NCBI GenBank assembly: GCA_977017645.1
Contig: OZ360224.1
Coordinates: 88,412,001 to 88,476,000, forward strand
DNA length: 64,000 nt
Direction of reading: 5' to 3'
From: Torpedo marmorata
Taxonomy: Eukaryota
The translations under genes and the position numbers were made by a program. Below, in pieces: positions 37,323 to 50,647 of the stretch (positions are counted from its first letter, which is position 1; each line of letters opens with the position of its first letter). Below the pieces are notes generated by a model. That model had not been told where the DNA came from. It saw only the letters and a list, made by a program, of their open reading frames with translations, and did not search any database.

Positions 37323-39769
37323 CTCAGCAGGACCCGCATCATCTGTTTACATAAAACGACACTGTATTCTGTCTCGGAAGTCGCCAACCAGATGGCTTCA
37401 ATATCGACCTCCAACTTCTGGTAACCCCTCCCCTGTTATCTTGCTTTCTCACATCCCTCTGACTCCTTTCCTTCCCTCTTACTGCTGCCAATACCTTCTT
37501 TCCTCCAGATTTCCAGGCATTTCCCTTCCTGTCTCCTATTAGAGATCATCTTTCTCTGCCCTCTGCCTCCTCCCCCTTTCCCCTCTCAGATCTTTTCTCT
37601 TCTTTCCCTCCTGCCTGTATCTACCAATCAACTGTTACACTGTGCTCTTCTCCCTTCTCCTCCACACCCCCCCCCCTTCCTATTCTGGCATTTTCCTGAA
37701 TTTTTGGCATACCAGAAGGGCTAAGGCCCAGGAAGTCATACTGCTTTTTGCTTTCCATGGATACTGCGTGACTTGCTGAGTTCCTCCAGCACTTTTGTGT
37801 ATTGTACTAGTCCCTCAGCATCTGCAGACTTCTTGTTATCTGTATTCTATGTACAGAGGTTCTAGAACTAAAGGGCACAGGTTTAAGGCGAGAGACTCGA
37901 ACAACAACTTTTTCACTAAGAGGGTAATCTGGAAAAAGCTGCCAGTGGAAGGTATAGAACCAGGGACAATTACAACATTCAAAAAAACATTTGCACAGAT
38001 ATATGGAGGAGATGGGCTGAGAAGGCTACTCAAGATTATGGTAATGAGTTTATTATCATATACATTGTACAATGTATATATGCACCAAAATTCTTACTTG
38101 CTGCAGCTGAACAGGCACTTTGTTGTTTTTGTAGCTGTTTTTTTTAAACAGAACGCCAACTACAATAGTATACTTAATTGAATTAAAATGAGACAATAAC
38201 TATTAGAAAGATAATAAATATTCACAGTTATCCTCGAAAAAGTGACTTGGCAATAATGCAAGCAATCCTTTTGTGGTGTCGGAACAGTTCCATTTATTGT
38301 AATGTCCATGAAATACAAAAAAATAATTTTTACTTTGTTTGAACTGGATCGGGACCAAATGCAGGCAAATAGGACTAGCCCAGAATGCCAACAGTAGGGC
38401 TGAATGGCCTGCTCTGTGCTCAATGATTCTGTGGAAGGAATGAATAGCACTTCATATTCACATTTATCAAGGAAGAAGATGCTCCCAACGTTTCAAAAGG
38501 AGAGGCAGTCGCTGCAAAGGAGAATTGAAAATTGATAAAGCACTAGAAAGACTTGCTACGATTAAATTCAATGTCGCCTGGTCCGGATGGCATCCCAAGG
38601 GAAAGGGGGGTGGAGGTAATAGAATGTATTTTAGAAACTTCTGATACTTCCTATTTACAGGGAAAATGCTAGAGGACTCAAAAATGCCAATTTAACGTTG
38701 TTATTCAAGTGTTTGGAATTTGGAAGGGTAGGGCCATCAACCAGGCCATTGATGTTACTACAGTGGAGGGGAAAATTATGAAGAACTTGCAGAAATTTGC
38801 ATTGATAAAGGAGAGCCAGCACAAATAACTCAAAGGCAAATAATGTTTGATTAGCCTCCGTGATTTTTCTTTGATGATGAAAAGAATACAGTGAAAGTCA
38901 TCTATGTGGATTTTCAAGTGTGACATTTGGCAAAGAAACGAATGATTAGCAAAATGAAAGCCAGTAGAATGATGCAGTCAGTAGCAGTGTAAAGAATTAT
39001 GGGGCTTCTGCTGTAGTAAGTAGGCTAACAAAGAGTTAACGCTTTAGTATAGTATGCAGCTAAGCAGTTCTCAGCTGCAGAGTCATCGCAGCCTTGGACA
39101 GGTTGGGAATATGAGGTAATGGCATACCAGGATGTCTCTGGTAAAGAGAAAGGATGATTGATCACAGAAACTGTGAAGGACAAGAGTAGCAAAACATCAG
39201 ATTGCCAATTAGTGAAAAATATGTAAAACTGCACGTAGGCATCGGTCCAAAGGACTATATAAGTTATATGTAAAAGAATGTTAAACAAGGATGTCAGACA
39301 TTACAGGAAAAGGGCCTCCTCTGTCTGTAGATTAATAGAGATTCACTAGCCTTACAGATAAAGAATCCCAGTAAGGCTATAGACTGGAACAAGGTTGCAT
39401 AAGTACAAGGTTACCAGAGTTTGATAACAAAACCACAAGACGGCTCAATTAATATAAAATTAACAAAGATTAACCTGTCTAAAGTTAATTAAGTTGCATA
39501 TCTGTAAAAACCATAAGGACGGATGTTAATGAAAAACCGGAACAATCAGCTGCAATAAATCTGTACAATTAACTTGTGAAACTGTATGTATCTCCTGACA
39601 AAAGAACTATGTAAGATGTACCAAAAGGCTGTATGAGTTGAGTTAGGTTCAGTGCAGGGAACGAGTGACACTGTCTTTTTCAATATTTTTATTAACATTG
39701 AAATTTCAGATCCAAAATACAGAGTACATATGGATATATGTTAAAATTCAAAAAGATACATTACACTTA

Positions 39770-40640
39770 CCGTATTTGACGGCATATAAGACCCCCCTTT
39801 TTTTTACAAAATAATCACCTCAAAAACCACCCCGGGTCTTATACGCGAAAGTGACATTTTGGTGCCGCCATTTTGGGCACCGAGTGGAGTCCAGGAAGCG
39901 GGATCGCAGCTTTGCGGACCACATTCCCTTGGGTGGCCCGTGCTTTCCGGACTCGCCGCCGCCGCCGCTCACTTCCCCCGGTAAGAAACCTCATTCTCTC
40001 CCTCCCGTTCGCTCTCCCCACCTGCCCGCCCGCTAGCTCGCTCTCGCCCACTTCCTCCCCGCCCGTTCGCTCTCCCCACCCGCACTCGCCCCTTCTCTCC
40101 CCGCCCGTCCGCTCGCTCGCTCTCGCCTGATCTCTCCCCGCCCACTCGCTCGCCGCTCGCTCGCTCTCGCCCGCTCTCTCCCCGCCCGTTCACTCTCCCT
40201 GCCCGCTTGCTCTCACTCGCTCTCTCCCCGCCCGTTCGCTCTCACCAACAGTGTTTTGAGGGGTGCGCTGGGCCTCGATGATCAGCCTTTGTTCGACGAA
40301 CACGAACCATCGAGCAAATTGAATGAGGCGCGGGGGCGGGTGGCAGTGAGCGAGCGGCCTGTCAAGCTCAGCTCAACAGGCCGCCCGCTCGCTCACTGCC
40401 ACCCACCCCCGCGCCTCATTCAATCTGTTCGGGGGGCCGTGCACGTCGAACAAAGGCTCAGCGTGGAGCCTGATCACCGAGGCACAGCGCTCCCCTCAAA
40501 GCAAGCGATCGAGGGCATGGGCCCTGCCCGTTGTCCTGGCTTCTCTCCCTCCCACCCTCGCGCGCCCGCAGGTCCCGTCACACCTGTCAATTAATTAGCG
40601 TTTGGATGGTGGGGGGAAAGCAGCCTAAGCCTCGGTGTTG
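39770..40640. mobile_element. Left part of a Tc2/pogo-like non-autonomous DNA element with GC-rich low-complexity interior
   Basis: TA|CCGTATTTGACGGCATATAAGAC start and subterminal GTCTTATACGC. Right TIR not found, so the right end is uncertain. Confidence 0.6.
40284..40458. repeat. Long imperfect inverted repeat (palindrome)
   Basis: AGCCTTTGTTCGACG/CGTCGAACAAAGGCT and ATTGAATGAGGCGCGGGGGCGGGTGGCAGTGAGCGAGCGG/CCGCTCGCTCACTGCCACCCACCCCCGCGCCTCATTCAAT pair around ~40369. Confidence 0.92.
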
Positions 40641-40663
40641 TTCACCTCCCCCCTCACCACGGG

Positions 40664-41300
40664 CCAGGGCCCCAAACAGGCCTTCCAAGTGAAACTACAC
40701 TTCACTTGTACATCCAGAGAACTTATTTACTGCATCCGGTGCTCCCTTTGTGGCTTTCTATACATTGGAGAGACTGGTCGTAGATTGGGAGACCGCTTTG
40801 CTGAGCACCTCCTCTCCGTCCGCAACAACAGCGACCTCCCAGTAGCCAACCATTTCAATTCCGGGTCACACTCCCACACTCACATGTCTGTCCATGGCCT
40901 CATGTACTATCCCACCCAGACTACCCGCAAATTGGAGGAACAACATCTCATATTCCGTCTCGGCACTCTCCAGCCAGATGGCATTAACATTGACTTTTCT
41001 GCTTTCCACTAAACCTGCTTGTCGTTCCCTTCCCCTCCCCCCTCACCTGTCCTTCCTGTTTTTCTCCAGCTACCTAGCCATCCCTCCTCCCCCTCTTTGC
41101 TGCTGTCCCCTCCCTCCTTTCTCCACCTATCATCTCCTGCCTTTGCCATCCCCCTTCCCCCCTCACTCCTTTGTTCGGACGCCTGCCGGCATTTTCTCAT
41201 ACTTTGATGAAGGGCTCAAGCCCGAAACGTCGGTGATGTATTTCTACCTTTGCTACATAAAAGACACTGTTTGACCTGCTGAGTTTCTCCAGCATTTGTG
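40664..41300 (+). mobile_element. Penelope-like element 3' part with open GIY-YIG endonuclease frame
   Basis: ORF 40635..41012: FTCTSRELIYCIRCSLCGFLYIGETGRRLGDRFAEH...RKLEEQHLIFRLGTLQPDGIN, followed by a pyrimidine-rich UTR and terminal repeat. Confidence 0.9.
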
Positions 41301-41446
41301 TTTTTTATTACTTAAGGTGGTATGTGAGTGGGAAAAAAAGGTTGAGAACCACTGGTTTAGAGTGATGGGCAAAGGATACAAGGGGGTTTTGAATTTTTTT
41401 TTGGATTGGGGAGCAATTAGGACTTTCACATATGAATTTGATGTTA

Positions 41447-44400
41447 TCATAGAATCATATAAAACCGAAAGCACAATACAGGCCCTTCGGCCCACAAAGT
41501 TGTGCTGAACATGTCACTACTCTAGGAATTGATAGACCTACTTATATCCCTCTATATTTCTGAGCTCCATGTACCTATCCAAAAGTCTCTTAAAAGTCCC
41601 TATAGAATCCGCCTCCACCACCGTTGCCGGCAACTCATTCCACGCACCCACCACTCTCTGCGTAAAAAACGTACCTCTGACATTTCCTCTATACCTTCTT
41701 CCTAACACCTTAAACCTGTGTCCCCCTGTAGCAACCATTTCAGCCCTTGGAAAAAGCCTCTGACTGTCTACCCGATCAAAGCCCCTTATCATCTTAAACA
41801 CCTCAATCATGTCCCCTTTCATCCTCCTTCGTTCCAAGGAGAAAAGGCCTAGTTCCCTCAACCTGTTTTCATAGGGCATGCTCCCTAAACCAGGCAACAT
41901 CCTAGTAAATCTCCTCTGCACCCTTTCTAATGCCTCCACATCCTTCCTGTAGTGAGGCGACCAGAACTGCGCACAATACTCCAATATAGGTCTGACCAAC
42001 GTCCTATACAGTTGCAACATTACCTCTCGACTCCTAAATTCAATTCCTCTATTTATAAAGGCCAATACGCCGTATGCCTTCTTAACCACTGACTCAACCT
42101 GTGCAGTTGGTTTGAGTGTTCTATGTACTTGAACCCCAAGATCCGTTTGAACTTCCACGCTGCCAATAGTGTTATCATTAATACTATATTCTGCCATCCT
42201 ATTTGACCTACCAAAATGAACCACTTCACATTTGTCCAGGTTAAACTCCATCTGCCACTTCTCAGCCCAGTTTTGCATTCTATCAATATCCCTCTGTACC
42301 TTCTGACAGCCCTCCACATTATCAACAACTCCCCCAACTTTAGTGTCATCAGCAAATTTACTAACCCATCCCTCCACTTCCTCATCCAAGTCATCTATAA
42401 AAATCACGAATAGTAGAGGTCCCAGGACAGATCCCTGAGGAACACCACTGGTCACCGACCTCCATGAAGAATATGACCCATCCACTACCACTCTTTGCCT
42501 TCTGTTGTCAAGCCAGTTCTGGATCCACAAAGCAACATCCCCCATGGATCCCATGCCTCCTTACCTTCTCAATTAGCCTTGCATGTGGAACCTTATCAAA
42601 TGCTTTGCTGAAATCCATATACATCACATCCACTTGCTTCTCCTTCGTCAATGTGTTTAGTCACATCTTCAAAAAATTCAATCAGGTTCGTAAGGCACGA
42701 CCTGCCCTTAAAGCCATGTTGACTATTCCTAATCCTATTATAAGTCTCTAAATGCTCATAAATCCTGCCTCTCAAGATCCTCTCCATCAATTTTTGAACC
42801 ACCGAAATAAGACTTACCGGTCTATAATTTCCTGGGCTATCTTTACTCCCATTCTTAAACAAAGGAACAACATTTGCAACTCTCCAGTCCTCCGGCACCT
42901 CTCCCTTCCCCAATGATGATTCAAATATCAGCGCCAGAGGTTCAGCAATTTCTTCCCTTGCCTCCCACAGCAGCCAAGGGTACATCTCATCCTGTCCCGG
43001 TGACTTATCCAACTTGATGCTTTCCAAAAGCTCCAACGCATCCTTTCTCTTAATATCTACATTCTCAATCTTTTCAGTCTGCTGTAAGTCATTACTACAA
43101 TCCCCTAGATCCTTTTCAATAGTGAATACTGAAGCAAAGTATTCATTAAGTACCTCCGCTATTTCCTCCGGTTCCATACACACCTTCCCACTGTCACACT
43201 TAATAGGTCCTATCTTCTCACGTCTAATCCTCTTACTCTTCACATACTTGTAGAATGCCTTTGGGTTTTCCTTAATTCTGCCCGCCAAGGCCTTCTCATG
43301 GCCCCTTCTTGCTCTCCTAATTTCCTTTTTAAGCTCCCTCCTGCTAGTCTTATACTCTTCTCATTCTCTAACACTATCCCTCTTAACCTTTTGTAAGCCT
43401 TTCTTTTCTTCTTCACTAGCCTTTTCACAGCCTTTGTATACCATGGTTCCTGTACCCTACCATAACTTCCCTTCCTCATTGGAACATATCTATTCATAAC
43501 TTCACATAAATATCCCCTAAACGTTTGCCACATTTCTTCTGTACTTTTCCCCGAGAACATCCGTTCCCAATTTAATCTTCCAATTTCTTGCCTGATAGCC
43601 TCATAATTCCCCTTACTCCAATTAAATGTTTTTCTAACTTGTCTATTCTTATCACTCTCCAAAGCTATTGTAAAGGAGATAGAGTTATGACCACTATCTC
43701 CAAGATGCTCTCCCACTGAGAGATCTGACACCTGACCAGGTGCATTTCCCAATACCAAATCAAGTACAGACTCTCCTCTTGTAGGCATATCCACATATTG
43801 TGTCAAGAATCTTTCCTGAACACATCTAACAAACTCCACCCCATCTAAACCCCTTACTCTAGGGATAATCCAATCAATATTTGGGAAATTAAAATCCCCC
43901 ATCACGACAACTCTGTTGTTATTTGACATTTCCAAAATCTGTTTCCCTATGTGCTCCTCAATTTCCCTTTCTGCATTGGGTGGCCGATTTAAAAAAAAAA
44001 AAAACAAAAAAAAAACACCTAATAAAGTTTTTAACATATAACAATTACAGCACGGAAACAGGCCATTAGGCCCTTCCAGTCCGCACCGAACCAAACATTC
44101 CTATCTAGTCCCACCTACCTGCACCCTGCCCATAACCCTCCACTTCCTTCTCATCCATATACTTGTCCAACTTTTTCTTAAATAATAAAACTGACTCTGC
44201 CGCCACTACTTCTCCCGGAAGCTCATTCCACACCGCTACCACTCTCTGAGTAAAGAAGTTCCCCCTCATGTTACCTCTAAACCTCTGCCCCTTAATTCTT
44301 AGCTAATGTCCTCTTGTTTCAATCTCTCCTGTTCTTAATGGAAATAGTCTATCCACATCCACTCTGTCTATCCCCTTCATAATTTTAAATACCTCTATCA

Positions 44401-45370
44401 AATCCCCTCTCAACCTTCTACGCTCCAAAGAATAAAGACCTAATCTGCTCAATCTCTCCTTGTACTCTAGATTCTTAAACCCAGGCAACATTCTGGTAAA
44501 CCTTCTCTGCACTCTCTCCACCTTGTTGATATCCTTCCTATAATTTGGCGACCAGAACTGCACACAGAACTCTAAATTAGGCCGCACCAAAGCCTTATAT
44601 AATCTCAACATCACTTCCCAACTCCTATATTCTATGCAATGATTGATAAAGGCCAGCATACTAAAAGCCTTCTTCACCACCCTGTTCACATGAGTTTCCA
44701 CCTTCAGGGAACGATGCACCGTTATTCCTAAATCTTTCTGCTCTTCTGTATTCATCAATGCTCTCCCATTTACTACATATGTCCTGTTCTGATTCTTCCT
44801 ACCAAAATGAAGCACCTCACACTTATCAGCATTAAACTCCATCTGCCATTTTTCAGCCCACTTTTCTAAGCAGCCCAAATCCCTCTGCAATCCTTGAAAA
44901 CCTTCTTCATTATCCACTATTCCACCTATCTTAGTATCATCTGCATATTTACTAATCCAGTTTACCACCCCATCATCTAGATCATTGATATATATAACAA
45001 ACAACAACGGGCCCAATACAGATCCCTGAGGCACACCGCTGGTCACCTGCCTCCAACCTGACAGACAATTATCCACTACCACTCTCTGGCCTCTCCCTTC
45101 CAGCCAATGTTCAATCCATTTGACTATCTCAGAATTTATACCTAAAGACTGCACCTTCCTAACTAACCTTCCATGCGGAACCTTATCGACCCCTTCCTAT
45201 TCATAAGCTCCACCCATATATGTTCTGTAGTCAAACCCTCTATGCCGTCCACCTTTTCTGCAGCCGTGACATTATCCCTGATCAACAAAGCCACGCCCCC
45301 TCCTCTTTTACCTCCCTTCCTGTCCTTTCTAAAACATCTAAAACCCGGCACTTGAAGCACCCAATCCTGT
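41447..45370 (-). mobile_element. CR1 LINE, most of ORF2, interrupted by a second CR1
   Basis: ORFs 41538..42554 (RT), 42596..43288 and 43240..~44028 (EN). The EN domain continues at 45186-45360 (GGGVALLIRD...IWVELMNRKG). Confidence 0.93.
44030..45186 (-). mobile_element. CR1 LINE 3' fragment nested in another CR1
   Basis: ORF 44303..45154 (GVPQGSVLGP, KYADDTK) with its own 3' tail at ~44035-44100, lying between the host motifs NRKG and TLLGVF. Confidence 0.92.
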
Positions 45371-45732
45371 ACAGCAGAAAATAATCTGCAGGTTTATCAG
45401 GAAAGAATGGGGAAATTTGATTGAAAAAAATGAATTGAATTGTTTATTGTCATGAATACTGAAATACAGTAAAAAAGACTTTGATTTGCATGCCTTCCAA
45501 GCAAGTCAGTTTATACATAGCTGATAGTGTTGGAGTAGAGATATGAGGGAGTGGAACAATAAATGAATGGAAGGAGAGGATCTGCTAGGAGCAGCTAGTA
45601 AAATGTCACATGCTCTTGTTCCATATACTTCAAGCTTCTGCAGGTTTGATGGACTTCATGGCTGCTTTGGGTGCTGTGACAATTCCATGATGGTAATGTA
45701 GCTTCGTTCTTATTAATTGGAAATTTCTAGGA

Positions 45733-46393
45733 CAGTGGTTCTCAACCTTATCTCCACCACAGACTAATTTAGATATTCCATTACTTACCACCTATAACAA
45801 ACTCATGGTCCACCTATGCAGAGGGAGTGGGAGAGGTTAGTGGACTGTTGACCTCGCACCCCTTCCCAGATCACTGATGGGATTTTTGATTTGGAGACAC
45901 ACGAGGCACTGCCGATGCTGGAACTCAATGGGTCAAGCAGCATCAGAGGGAGAAAAAGAATGGTCGACGTCTTGGGCCAGAACCCTCCATCAAGTTTTAG
46001 TGGGCGGCACGGTTAGCGTAGCGGTTAGCACAACGCTATTACAGCACCAGCGATCCGGGTTCGAATCCGGCGCTGTCTGTAAGGAGTTTGTACATTCTAC
46101 CTGTGTCTGTGTGGGTTTCCTCGAGGTGCTCCGGTTTCCTCCCATCCTTAAAATATGCGGGGATGGTAGGTTGATAAGGATATTTGGGCAGCATAGGCTC
46201 CTCGGCCAGAATGGCCTGTAACCGTGCTGTATGTGTAAATTTAAAAATGTAAATTGAATTTTTTGAGAATTTTTTTTTGTCGTTGTATTTACAACCTTGT
46301 TTTAGATATGACTTGTTTATTATATCAGCAATATTTCTCTTCCCCAAATCACAGCGGATCTCCTTTCACAAGCCCACAGGTTGAGAAAAACTG
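45733..46393. mobile_element. hAT/Charlie-like MITE containing later insertions
   Basis: TIRs CAGTGGTTCTCAACC ... GGTTGAGAAAAACTG. Flanks TTCTAGGA and CTCTCGAG resemble NTCTAGAN but do not match each other. A similar end occurs at ~41340-41354. Confidence 0.6.
46002..46250 (+). mobile_element. tRNA-derived SINE (HE1/V-SINE-like), full length
   Basis: A-box-like TAGCGTAGCGG, B box GGTTCGAATCC, core GGAGTTTGTACATTCT...GGGTTTCCTC..GGTGCTCCGGTTTCCTCCC, CR1-like tail. Confidence 0.88.
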
Positions 46394-47052
46394 CTCTCGA
46401 GTCATTTTGGCATACAGGTAGAAAGGGATAATGTTGAATCTGAGGTAAATAGATTATTTGCTAAAGATTCAGAGGTGAATGAATTGCTGATCTTTTAGCA
46501 TGAGACATGGCCATTATGGTGATAGATGCATTGAACAGTTCATGAGTATTTCTAAAAGGAAATAATAGGAAATGAGGACCAAGAATTCTGCATTTTCAAA
46601 AGGATTTAATAAAATAACTGGAGTATGACAGGTCCTTAATGTGGCCACAGTGCTTAATGATGAACTTGCAGAGATTGGTCATAAATTCGTGCAGCTGACA
46701 TCAATAATTATTAGACTGGCCTGCCAAAAACAAGGCAATAAAACTAGAAATGGTTATGTGAGAGATTGTGCAGTATAATGTGGAATTTATGAGGATATGA
46801 CCAAATAAACGATGAGGCAGTGCAGTTGGTATAAGGTGCCTTGACTTTTAAAAGACCTCTGATAAATAACTAACTGGACATTGGAAGCACACCAAGTAGC
46901 ACTGATGTCTATTTCAGGACATTCCAAAGTACTTTGTGGTCATCGAAATATTTTTGCAGAGTGGCTGTTGGTGGAATATAGGAATATAGAAAAACAACAA
47001 GCTGCCATAAATACAAAATGATCATGAACAGATAATCTGCTTATAGTGTTAT

Positions 47053-48225
47053 TCAAGTCAAGTCAAATCAGGTTTATTGTCATCCGATTGCACAAGTACA
47101 ACCCGACGAAACAGCGTTCTCTGGTCCTCCGTGTAAAACATGCAGACACACAACCAGACAACACACATACAAACAATACATAAGCAGGACGTATTTCAGC
47201 TATACAAATAAATAAATAAATATTGTTTCATGAATATGAAAGTCTCAGATGGTTAATGTGAGCAGTTCTTTTGGTTGTTTAGCAATCTCTCTGCCTGTGG
47301 GAAGAAGCTGTTCCTCAGTTTGGTGGTGCTCTGATACTCCTGTATCTCTTCCCCGACGGAAGCAGCTGAAAGATGCTGTGTGCAGGGCGGAAGGGGTCCT
47401 CAATGATTTTGCGCGCCCTCTTCAGACATCGATCCCAGTAGATCACGTCGATGGGGTGGGGGGGGGGGAGGGAGACTCCATTGATCCTCTCTGCCACTCT
47501 TATGATCCTGTGGATTGACCTCCCATCCATTTCTCTGCAGCAACCGTACCACACTGTGATGCAGCTGGCCAGGATGCTCTCGATAGAGCTCTTATAGAAG
47601 GTTGACATAATGGTGGCCGGTAGCCTTGTCTGCTTCAGTCTTCTCAGGAATTACAGTCGCTGGACAAAATAGCGACCCTCTGTCTGCCTTACGGTAGACA
47701 AAAATTAAAGATTTTCATGTATGTTACATTCTAAATGTAGTATTACTTGACAATAAATGTAACCTTTACCTTTACCTTTCTTGACAAGTGAGATTTTGAG
47801 TGTCCACGATAGGTCACTAGTTAAGTGAACTCCAAGGAACTTTTCACTCTCTACTACAGAGTTGTTGATGTATAGTGGAGGGTGGTCGTTCCTGGTCCTC
47901 CTGAAGTCCACAATCATCTCCTTCGTCTTGTCCACGTTGAGACTCAGGTTGTTACTCTCGTACCATTTCACAAGATTTTTCACCTCTTTGTTGTGCGACT
48001 CATCGTTGTTACAGATGTGGCCAACTACTGTTGTGTCATCTGCAAACGATGACACTGTTGGAGCTTGATCTAGCGATGCAGTCGTGGGTCACTAGTGTGA
48101 ACAGGAGCGAGCTGAGCACACAGCCCTGAGGTGCGCCAGTGCTCAGCATGACGGTGCTCGGCGTTCTGCTGCTGACCTGGACAGACTGTGGTCTTTCCGT
48201 TAAGAAGTCCAGTATCTGGTTACTG
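47053..48225 (-). mobile_element. Rex1/Babar LINE 3' fragment (family C, copy 1)
   Basis: ORFs 47705..48055 ([13 protein letters not shown]) and 47315..47608. (ACTTG)n tail. A ~120-bp foreign insert at ~47662-47780. Confidence 0.88.
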
Positions 48226-48429
48226 AGTGAAAGATAAATATTGGCATGGACTCAAGGGACAATTCCCCTCTTTCACAAAATGAAAATACAGGATCTTCTA
48301 TGTCCACCTAAGAGAGGAGAATTGGCTTCATTTTCACCGGAGAGTTAGCCTGAATTTTTGATTGTTAAATCTGTTGGGCAGAATCCAGACACTTCTAGTG
48401 CAAATGCTGAGCCATATCACTGTCTCTCC

Positions 48430-49280
48430 CTCAAGATACACAGGAAACTGCAGATGCTGGAATCTTCACCTACTGCATTCGGTGCTCCCGATGTGGTGTC
48501 ATCTACATCAGTAAGACCAAGCGCAGACTTGGGGACCGCTTCACAGAGCATCCACGCTTTCAAACTCCAAGTTGCATGCCAATTCAACTCCCCTTTCCAT
48601 TCCCACACTGACCTGTCTATCCGTGGTCTTCTCCACTGCCAGAGAAAGGCCTACCCTAAACTGAAGAACAACACCTCATACTATCCCTGGGCTGTCTACA
48701 GCACAATTGTATGATCATTGAATTTTCCAACTTTGGGTAATGTCCCATTTCACTTCTGATTTTCTTCTGTTCTTTCCCCTTCCCCCTGTCCCATTTTTGT
48801 CTCATTCCCCTCCTAGAACCCCCACCCATTCTCATTCCCCCACTGACACTGATTTCATCCACAATTCCCCTGGATTCTTCCTCCTTGCCCCCTCTCTCCC
48901 TTCTTAGGGGCCATCTGGCCACATCTTTCATCCCAAACAGTTCTTTCCCAACAACTATTATTATACCAGCCTCGCCACCCTTTCATCAGAACCCAGCATT
49001 GGCAGCATTTTGTCTCCACTTGTCACCCTGCTCCACACTATAAGACCTGACCTTTGTTTTCCCTCATTCCCTCTCTCTACCTTTAGGTGGCACATTCCTC
49101 TATCCATCACCTATCCCCCACTGGCCCCTGTCCAACCCTCCCATCCTGTCCTCATCATACCAGCTATCACCCCTCTGCACTCTCAGTCTTAATGAAGGGT
49201 TCCGACCCGAAATGTTGATGATTCTTTTTCTCCCACTGATGCTGTTCGACCTGCTGAGTTCTTCCAGCACATTGTTTGAT
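48430..49280 (+). mobile_element. Degenerate Penelope-like 3' fragment
   Basis: GIY-YIG-like remnant at ~48465-48730, pyrimidine-rich UTR, terminal gaagggttccgacccgaaatgttg...gacctgctgagtt. Confidence 0.7.
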
Positions 49281-49441
49281 TTCTCTATCCCTTAACCTTT
49301 TCATTCTGCTTCTGCTAGAATATACGCATTCACAATTCACTTACCTCTATATTTCCAGAATTTCATTTGTCCAGACTTTGCTTTGCATTTGGCTAATTTT
49401 CTGTACATACCATACCCTCACTGTAACTGTTGATGCTAATG

Positions 49442-50647
49442 TCAAGTTGAGTCAAGTTTATTATCATCTGATTGCACAAGTACAACCCGACGAAACAGCG
49501 TTCTCCAGTGCTTGGTGTAAAACATGCAGGCACACAACCAGACATAACACACATACAGGCAAGCAATACATATGCAGGACAAGTATACAAATAAATAAAT
49601 ATTGTTTCATAAATATGAAAGTCTCGAATGGTTAGTGTGAGCAATTCCTTCTCACTGCCCACGGGAAGAAGCTGTTTCTCAGCCTGGTGGTGCTGGCTCT
49701 GATACTCCTGTATCTCTCTTTCCCGACAGAAGTAGCTGAAAGATGCTGTGTGCAGGGTGGAAGTGGTCCTCAATGATTTTGCGCGCCCTCTTCAGACATC
49801 GATCTCGGTAGATCACGTCGATGGGGAGGGAGACTCCATTGATCCTCTCTGCCACTCTTATGGTCCTGTGGATTGACCTCCAATCCATTTCTCTGCAGCA
49901 ACCGTACCACACTGTGATGCAGCTGGCCAGGACGCTCTCGATAGAGCTGCTATAGAAGGTTGACATGATGGTAGTCGGTAGCCTTGCCCACTTCAGTTTT
50001 CTCAGGAAGTGCAGTCGCTATTGCACCTTCCTGACAAGTGAGGAAATGTTGTGTGTCCACAATACGTCACTAGTTAAGTGGACTCTAAGGAACTTGGTGT
50101 TCTCCACTCTCTCCACTGATGTGTAGTGGAGGGTGGTTGTTCAGCAAGTCCCCCTGAAGTCCACAATCATCTCCTTCGTCTTGTCCACGTTGAGACTCAG
50201 GTTGTTACTCTCACACCATATCACAAGATTTTCCACCTCTTTTCTGTAATCCGTCTCATCGTTGTTGCTGATGAGGTCAAGTACTGTTGTGTCAACTGCA
50301 AACTTGATGTCACTGTTGGAGCTGGATCTGGCGACGCAGCTGTGGGTCCGTAGCATGAACAGGAGGTGGCTGAGCACACAGCCCTGAGGTGCGCCAGCGC
50401 TCAGCGTGACGGTGCTCGACATTCTGCTACCGACCCGGACAGACTGTGGTCTTTCCATTAGGAAGTCCAGAATCCAGTTACAGAGAGGGGTGTTGAGTCC
50501 CAGGGAGGACAGCTTCTCCACCAGCCTCTGGGGAATGATCGTATTAAACGCCGAGCTAAAGTCAATGAACAGTGTATGAGGTGCCGTTCTCCAGGTGAGT
50601 CAGAACCAAGTGAAGGGACAAGGCTATAGCGTCGTCTGTGGAACGAT
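49442..50647 (-). mobile_element. Rex1/Babar LINE 3' fragment (family C, copy 2)
   Basis: ORFs 50141..50521 ([18 protein letters not shown]) and 49679..49966. 3' UTR homologous to 47053-47320. Confidence 0.9.

Noticed and set aside
39960-40460. Endogenous AAV/parvovirus ITR
   Set aside because: Only short GCTC-repeat similarity, with no T-shaped hairpin and no Rep or capsid ORF.
46002-46075. tRNA gene
   Set aside because: The A/B boxes continue into a SINE core and tail, so this is a SINE head.
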